Of a DNA stretch of 64,000 nucleotides, positions 58,101 through 64,000 are shown in pieces (position 1 is the stretch's first letter; the number at the start of each line of letters is the position of its first letter). The translations under genes and the position numbers were made by a program. The notes beneath the pieces were generated by a model. The model had not been told where the DNA came from. It was given only the letters and a program-made list of their open reading frames with translations, and did not search any database. Source of the stretch: a bacterium (GTDB taxonomy: Bacteria; Hinthialibacterota; Hinthialibacteria; Hinthialibacterales; Hinthialibacteraceae); contig CAXXMV010000004.1 of NCBI GenBank assembly GCA_963662285.2, positions 66,351 to 130,350 on the forward strand, in the 5' to 3' direction.

Positions 58101-58220
58101 TACCAATCTCCTGGATATAGATGTAATTATTCATCATATCAAACAATATCATTCGCATTAAGGTCATACGCCGTGCTATTTGCATCTATCAATACCTGAT
58201 TGGTTTTAAGGAAAAGGGTT

Positions 58221-58583
58221 TTACAAATCAACTTCAGGAATGTCTGATGGCAAGATGCTTTCAAGCTGTTCGATTAACGGAGGTATATGTATGGTGGCAA
58301 CATTCCATAACATCTCACAAATAAGTTCGTCATAGTCATGCGCAATGATATGACGCTGGGAGATTATTTGTTTCCAAGGGATTTCGGGATATTGGTTGCG
58401 GAATTCTTGGCAAACCCGGTTGGCAGCTTCTCCGACGATTTCAATTTGCCTTTCAATAGCGCTTCGACGTAAATTATCGTCGAGTAAATTTTGCACGCTT
58501 TGGCCGATGGAAAATTCGCGAACCAGTTTAGCGGCTTGCAGCATGTCAAATATATAAGCGAAATCATTCTTCTTATGCGGCAT
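58221..58583 (-). CDS. HEPN (DUF86/HepT-like) RNase toxin
   Basis: RHIIAHDY (RX4H plus Tyr); IEIVGEAA; EIPW. Confidence 0.9.
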   Translation of the reverse strand: MPHKKNDFAYIFDMLQAAKLVREFSIGQSVQNLLDDNLRRSAIERQIEIVGEAANRVCQEFRNQYPEIPWKQIISQRHIIAHDYDELICEMLWNVATIHIPPLIEQLESILPSDIPEVDL

Positions 58584-58875
58584 GGATCAATATCCGGTTC
58601 TGGGCAATATCCAGACGAATGAAAGGATTCCGTACTCCATCCGCTGAAACCAAATCAACCTTCCGGCCAAAGACGCTCTCCAATTCATCAATCATGTCCT
58701 GCCATTCATACATCCCGATATTTTTGTAATCGATCAGTTTGACTAGTACATCAACATCACTATCAGGCCCGAAATCGTCGCGCAGCACAGAACCGAATAG
58801 ATAGAACTCCTTAATCCGCCATTTCTGACAGAAGGCTTTTATCTGTTCCATATCAATAGGAATGCGCGGTTCCAT
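58573..58875 (-). CDS. MNT nucleotidyltransferase antitoxin
   Basis: FGSVLRDDFGPDSDVDVLV (GSX10DXD); GRKVDLV; overlaps the HEPN gene. Confidence 0.9.
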   Translation of the reverse strand: MEPRIPIDMEQIKAFCQKWRIKEFYLFGSVLRDDFGPDSDVDVLVKLIDYKNIGMYEWQDMIDELESVFGRKVDLVSADGVRNPFIRLDIAQNRILIHAA

Positions 58876-58909
58876 TATTCACCTCTCAGTTAGCCAAACA
58901 ATTGTGTAT

Positions 58910-59104
58910 TTATTCATCCGGTGTTTCCGGAACGACTTTTTCTTGCTCGAATTCGCGTTCCGCTTCCTTCATATCCTGAATAATCTCTTTTCGCTTTCGA
59001 TCTGTCAGACGGCGGTGTATTACCTTAATAAGCGTTTCTTGTTCTTCAGCGCTAAGTTGGTCAATGTTTTCTAAAACCTGGTTAAAAGATACGTTTGTTT
59101 CCAT
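58910..59104 (-). CDS. small antitoxin-like protein
   Basis: FNQVLENIDQLSAEEQETLI...EAEREF resembles addiction-module antitoxins. Confidence 0.55.
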   Translation of the reverse strand: METNVSFNQVLENIDQLSAEEQETLIKVIHRRLTDRKRKEIIQDMKEAEREFEQEKVVPETPDE

Positions 59105-59217
59105 AATGCCGTTTCCTTTTATCCGCTTTTTTCGCCGACTCGCCTTATTTATTATACTGCATTTTAAATATTCCCTACGTAACTATTTAAAGTACTACCT
59201 GCACTTTGAAATTGGAT

Positions 59218-59700
59218 TCACGTTTTTTCCAATCCTACTAGATTTGCAAATTTCCCAGAATACTCAACTTTGAGAAAGTTTCCATTCATAAATTTTCCAA
59301 GTCCTTCTTTCTCCATCACATTACCTTTTTGATTTTTTAATTGTATTCTTAATAGATCATTCCAATCAATCTTGAAAAGATTCTTCAAAGAGGGAATATT
59401 AAAAAAATCAGTTTTTACACGATTTGGATAAATAACTTTTTCTTGTTCTTTTTCGTCTTCCCATAAATAGTTTTGAGGAGAATTATTTCTTTGATAATAA
59501 GGTTTACTAGTCACTTGACCATATCCAAAAAATTTTAATTCTTTTGATCGGCTATCCCTGATAACAATTAAATCACCTAGTTCAAGTTTCATGAATTTAG
59601 TTCTAAGTCCATCGCCTGCATCCTTGCAACCAACAATGCCTTCTTCTTTTGAAATATCATAATTTCTTTTATCATTGTAGGTGAAGAGAAAAATATTCAT
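59218..59700 (-). CDS. EVE/PUA-like domain protein
   Basis: NYDISKEEGIVG...KLELGDLIVI...FFGYGQVTSKPY...LW.DE...YPNRVK; markedly AT-rich. Confidence 0.6.
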   Translation of the reverse strand: MNIFLFTYNDKRNYDISKEEGIVGCKDAGDGLRTKFMKLELGDLIVIRDSRSKELKFFGYGQVTSKPYYQRNNSPQNYLWEDEKEQEKVIYPNRVKTDFFNIPSLKNLFKIDWNDLLRIQLKNQKGNVMEKEGLGKFMNGNFLKVEYSGKFANLVGLEKT

Positions 59701-59857
59701 TATAACTGATCCTTATTTTTCATCTAAATATAGCACCCATAGTTATTGTTAACGTGGGCACCAAGGGCAAGTCCGCAAAGCGGTCCACCCTAGATTAGCT
59801 TTTCACTTGGGAATCTCCTTATTGTTTCGATTCCTTATTTCTTCACATTCAGATTTC

Positions 59858-60286
59858 CTATTTGTGTCTTCTTAGTGAATCAATGCTTCGCCAAGTTGTG
59901 TCATTGGGTCTAAGGCATTCCCAAAAGCGCCAACCATTAACCATATTTTTTGTAATATGTACTGCTGCTCCTGAAGGAGAGTCAAACCTCTTTCCATCAA
60001 ATGAAAGAGCACCATTGGCCACTTCTCCAGTGTATAGTGTTCCTTTATAGGAAGCTCGAAATTTAGTTCCTTCCGGGAAAAAAACTTTCCCATAAAACCA
60101 CCCTTTACCTTCAATTACAGTTTTAGGCTTGGAGGTGATTTTATTACTTTGGACCCCAACAGACTTGTTTTTGTGAGATTCCAATAGTTCACGGATAACT
60201 TGGTCATATGTGGTGTCAGGATCAGAACGGAGCATCGTTAATTCTTTGTATAAATCAAAACCAATTTCAATCCTAATAGTTTCCAT
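59858..60286 (-). CDS. RHH/SeqA-N-like plus RAMA (DUF4357-like) domain protein
   Basis: N-terminal TIRIEI...TYDQVIRELL; C-terminal FPEGTKFRASYKG...DGKRFDSPSGAA...NGWRFW. Confidence 0.7.
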   Translation of the reverse strand: METIRIEIGFDLYKELTMLRSDPDTTYDQVIRELLESHKNKSVGVQSNKITSKPKTVIEGKGWFYGKVFFPEGTKFRASYKGTLYTGEVANGALSFDGKRFDSPSGAAVHITKNMVNGWRFWECLRPNDTTWRSIDSLRRHK

Positions 60287-60385
60287 AGCGCCTTACCTTC
60301 CTTATTATGCTTTCTGTACTATATATGCTAAAAGAAACCATGTCAACTACTTTTTTTCTAAATTCAGATATTTGTTCAAACAATC

Positions 60386-61078
60386 CTAAGCCACAGATTT
60401 CCTCAAAGCCGCTCGAGCTAACAGTCTGGTTGAATCCAAGGTTGGCAGCGACGATTCCTGCGGTCTTACCAATAGGGGGATCTCGGTACAGGATAGGGCT
60501 ACCGCGTCGCAGCCTTCATTTTTGAGCCGTTCGATAACGCCGTAGAAATAAGCCCGCGCTTCATCGGTGAATTTGCCATAGACCAATTCATCGAAGATGA
60601 TCTGGTTGATGCGGTTGCGTTCATCCTGATTGGGGATGCAATGCTCCAGGTTTTGCGCTTGCAGTTTTTCTGGATATACCGGACCCTCCATCAGGAACTT
60701 AGTGCCAAGTACGGCGATTTTTTTATAAGAATGCTGTTTCGCCTGATTGGCCACCTCTTCAGCAATATGCAGCCAGGGGATGGGAGACTCAGCAACGACC
60801 TGATCGAAGGATTGGTGAATGGTGTTATCCGGGCATATAGCAAACTGCGCGCCCAGGCTGGCCACTTTTTTGGCTGAGTCAATCATCAATCGCGCCACGC
60901 CGTCCCAATCGTAAGATTCAATGTACACCATGTATGCACTAAGCGGATGGGTGTGCATACTGATTTCGGGATGCGCATGACGCCCCATGACCTCTGCGCC
61001 TTCCATGCAGATAGTGCGGTAACAAAGCGCCGCGCCTTCAGCGCTGCACGCTACGATGCCGATGTGTTGTGAATTCAT
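60386..61078 (-). CDS. aspartate/glutamate racemase family protein
   Basis: ICPDNTIH, VLGTKFLM, ALSCTEIPL. Confidence 0.85.
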   Translation of the reverse strand: MNSQHIGIVACSAEGAALCYRTICMEGAEVMGRHAHPEISMHTHPLSAYMVYIESYDWDGVARLMIDSAKKVASLGAQFAICPDNTIHQSFDQVVAESPIPWLHIAEEVANQAKQHSYKKIAVLGTKFLMEGPVYPEKLQAQNLEHCIPNQDERNRINQIIFDELVYGKFTDEARAYFYGVIERLKNEGCDAVALSCTEIPLLVRPQESSLPTLDSTRLLARAALRKSVA

Positions 61079-61117
61079 GGTTGACTCCTGTTTTTTGATT
61101 GCGTAAGTCTATGCTTT

Positions 61118-61189
61118 GGGCGCCCACGAGGGACGCCCCTACGGGTAATGGGTGCCAAGGGCAAGAGCGCATTGCGCTCAGCCCTTGAT
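61118..61189. repeat. REP-like palindromes (family A-like and family E)
   Basis: gggcgcccacgagggacgcccctac; gggtgccaagggcaagagcgcattgcgctcagcccttgat. Confidence 0.7.
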
Positions 61190-61263
61190 CAAGCCACCAA
61201 AGATAGTGTGAAATTCCTTAACTTAATGACATTGTCATGAAAGGCGCCCCTACAATATCATTA

Positions 61264-64000
61264 TCACTGAAACCGCTTCAGTTTTTGCTTTATTTTCTTC
61301 TTTTTCGGTGTAACCGGTTGAGGCGGCGGTTGTGGGGCATCGGGTTGATCATCGACCGGATCATCTTCCTGCTCCAACGCTTCGATCAGAGGAATGATTC
61401 GCTCAGCCAGGGCGCCGCGTTTTTTCGTATCGTGAATCTCGATGCCCACATTTTCATCCTGCGCGGCGACTACCAGTTTGATGCCGTCTCTGCCGTCAAG
61501 TTGCAGTATACGCATAGGATTAAAACGTTCGCTCTGTGATATATGGTAACGCAGCAAACCTTGATAACGCCGGATCTGGATGATATCAAAACCAGCCTGA
61601 TGCGCCCTCACGCGGATGCGCAACCCGAATATCAGGCGTTCCACCTGCGGCGGTATCACGCCGTAAATATCTTTCAATTCCTCCTCCAGAGCATCTATCT
61701 CTTCTGGAGTCTTTATCTTGCCGATGCGTTGATGCAGAGCCATGCGCTGCTTGCTGCTTTCCACATAACTTGGTGGAATGGTTCCCTTGGGTGACATCTC
61801 CAGCATGGCGTCCCATTCCAGGATCAGTTTCTTGTTGCTCTTCAGGTTGGTCACCGTCTGGCGCAGCAGTTTGCTGTAGAGATCGAATCCGATGGCCGCG
61901 ATATGACCATGCTGCTGCCGCCCCAGGATGTTGCCCACCCCGCGTATTTCCATATCGCGCATGGCCAGATGGAATCCCGAACCGAGTTGGTTATGCTCCT
62001 GCAATGCCAGCAGGCGGCGCCGTGAAATGGATGTAAGCGCCTTCTTGCTGGGAACCAGCAGATAGCAATAAGCGCGGTGGCGGTCGCGTCCCACCCTCCC
62101 GCGCAACTGATAGAGCTGCGATAGCCCGAAATTTTCGGCGTTGTTAATGATAATGGTATTAACGTTGGGGATATCGATGCCGTTTTCTATAATGGTAGTC
62201 GCCACCAGGATGTCGTAATCCTGCCGGATAAAACCCATCATGACTTTCTCAAGTTCATGCTCCGACATCTGGCCATGCCCCACGCAGATTCGCGCATCGG
62301 GAATAATCTCTTGAATCATTTGAGCGATTTTATAGATCGACTCAACCCGGTTATGCACAATATAGACCTGCCCGTCACGCGACAGCTCGCGCAATACCGC
62401 GTTGCCGATCACCTCTTTAGACCATTCCATGATATAGGTTTCGATAGGCAAACGGTTCTTGGGCGGGGTGCTAACCAGACTCATATTACGGATGCCTGAC
62501 AATGACATATACAAAGTTCTCGGTATTGGCGTAGCGGTCAGGGTGAGGGTATCTACCAATTTCTTCATCTGACGCAGCCGCTCTTTATGCTTAACTCCGA
62601 AGCGCTGTTCTTCATCGACGATCACCAGCCCCAATTGAGCGAACTTTATATCAACCGACAACAGACGGTGGGTGCCGACCACTACATCGACGTCGCCGCT
62701 GGTAATTTCTTCAGCCACCTTTTTCTGTTCGCCAGCGCTGATGAACCGGGATAACATCTCCACCCGCACCGGGTAATCGGCGAACCGCTCGCGGATATTA
62801 AAGAAATGCTGTTGACAAAGAATAGTGGTGGGGGTGAGGATAGCGACCTGTTTTCCATCCATCACCGCCTTAAACGCAGCGCGGATCGCCACTTCGGTTT
62901 TGCCGAAGCCGACGTCTCCACAGACCAGGCGATCCATGGGGTTTTCATCTTCCATATCGCGCTTGACTTCTTCGATGGCGCGCCACTGGTCGGGCGTCTC
63001 TTCGTAAACGAACGATGCTTCAAACTCATTTTGCCATGTCGTATCTTTGGCGAAGGCGTGACCTTTGCGCACCGAACGGGTGGCGTACAGTTCCAGCAGT
63101 TCGTCGGCCATATCTTCAATGGACTGCCGGGCTTTAGATTTAGTGCGTTCCCAGTTTTTGGTTCCCAGTTTAGAGAGAGATGGTTTAACTTTATCCCCCC
63201 CGATATATCGCCCGATGCGTTCAATCTGGTCAAGGGGCACATATAGAACGCCGCCATCGGCGTACTCCAGTTCGATATATTCGCCTTCACTGCCTTCATG
63301 CTCCATACGCGTCATGCGCACGAAACGTCCAACTCCATGATCGATATGCACCACATAGTCGCCGATCTGTAAGTCTATCAAATCGGTGACCGGCAACGCT
63401 ATTCCTTCGCGCATAGGCGGGCGGAAGCGCTGATAGCGGCCGAATATCTCGCGGTCAGTGCAGATTAATACGCCGGGCTGATTGAGGGAGAAGCCCCGGT
63501 GCATCTCTCCGACAATGGTCTGGGGCAGCGACTCATGGTCATTCAATCCCAGGTCTTTGATCTGAGCTTGGAGAATTTCATCCAACCTGCTTTGCTGTCC
63601 GGTATTGTCGCACACGATCAACACTGGATGCCCTGAGGTGGATGCCCTGACCAATCCGGTAATGCGTTCTTTACGTTCTTCGCCGAATATTTCAGGCGAT
63701 GCGCAGCCCAGGTTGATATGATCGGGATTAGGATCAAGGGTGAATTCAGTCAGATTAACCATGCGCAGCGCTTCCAGTTCATTATCCAGGTCGGACATGG
63801 TCAGATAAAGCGTTTCGGGAGGTTCCAGTACAACTTCCTGTAATTTATGAAAATCAGATTCCGACAAATGGACCTCATGATCTTCAACTGGTCCAGTCGC
63901 TTCGGCGTATCGTTTGGTTATGATCTCATAGAAGGCGGCGCTCTCTTTTTCAACCTGATCGATATTAGAGACGAAGATCACCGCTTCATCGCCGAAAAGT
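61264..64000 (-). CDS. mfd: transcription-repair coupling factor (5' end beyond the window)
   Basis: GDYVVHIDHGVG (CarD-like RID), CGDVGFGKTEVA, DEEQRFGV, QLRGRVGR, TRCF C-terminal domain. Confidence 0.97.
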   Translation of the reverse strand, partial: LFGDEAVIFVSNIDQVEKESAAFYEIITKRYAEATGPVEDHEVHLSESDFHKLQEVVLEPPETLYLTMSDLDNELEALRMVNLTEFTLDPNPDHINLGCASPEIFGEERKERITGLVRASTSGHPVLIVCDNTGQQSRLDEILQAQIKDLGLNDHESLPQTIVGEMHRGFSLNQPGVLICTDREIFGRYQRFRPPMREGIALPVTDLIDLQIGDYVVHIDHGVGRFVRMTRMEHEGSEGEYIELEYADGGVLYVPLDQIERIGRYIGGDKVKPSLSKLGTKNWERTKSKARQSIEDMADELLELYATRSVRKGHAFAKDTTWQNEFEASFVYEETPDQWRAIEEVKRDMEDENPMDRLVCGDVGFGKTEVAIRAAFKAVMDGKQVAILTPTTILCQQHFFNIRERFADYPVRVEMLSRFISAGEQKKVAEEITSGDVDVVVGTHRLLSVDIKFAQLGLVIVDEEQRFGVKHKERLRQMKKLVDTLTLTATPIPRTLYMSLSGIRNMSLVSTPPKNRLPIETYIMEWSKEVIGNAVLRELSRDGQVYIVHNRVESIYKIAQMIQEIIPDARICVGHGQMSEHELEKVMMGFIRQDYDILVATTIIENGIDIPNVNTIIINNAENFGLSQLYQLRGRVGRDRHRAYCYLLVPSKKALTSISRRRLLALQEHNQLGSGFHLAMRDMEIRGVGNILGRQQHGHIAAIGFDLYSKLLRQTVTNLKSNKKLILEWDAMLEMSPKGTIPPSYVESSKQRMALHQRIGKIKTPEEIDALEEELKDIYGVIPPQVERLIFGLRIRVRAHQAGFDIIQIRRYQGLLRYHISQSERFNPMRILQLDGRDGIKLVVAAQDENVGIEIHDTKKRGALAERIIPLIEALEQEDDPVDDQPDAPQPPPQPVTPKKKKIKQKLKRFQ

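Overview
A 64-kb bacterial chromosomal window from a diderm (waaF heptosyltransferase, Sec/Tat-exported proteins), rich in carbohydrate-use genes. It resembles PVC-related or candidate-phylum genomes; that taxonomy is inference. Housekeeping genes are partial mfd, HU, waaF, tRNA-Pro(GGG) and an Asp/Glu racemase. Carbohydrate genes include GH4, GH92, GH3, a GH62 pseudogene, Tat-exported Gfo/Idh/MocA and TIM-barrel enzymes, and an HzsA-like/FGE di-haem protein. There is a globin-PAS kinase plus sigma54 activator, and two toxin-antitoxin systems (ParDE, MNT-HEPN). A decayed island follows tRNA-Pro, with an integrase stump and two IS remnants. Also present are a decayed RAYT with its REPs, several REP-like families and a ~114-bp MITE. 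The most striking unexplained signal: three (possibly four) unrelated secreted proteins end in the same motif, [VI]-x-x-W-x-[ILV]-[YF]-COOH, a candidate lineage-specific sorting or anchoring signal, and stand-alone GspG-like pilins with a variable core lie next to sugar genes. Other leads are a RAMA + EVE + MNT-HEPN cluster, a MotB-less pair of mini-MotA genes, and a single gene bracketed by an 83-bp duplication of the GH3 3' end. All family calls come from motif recognition by eye; no searches were run.
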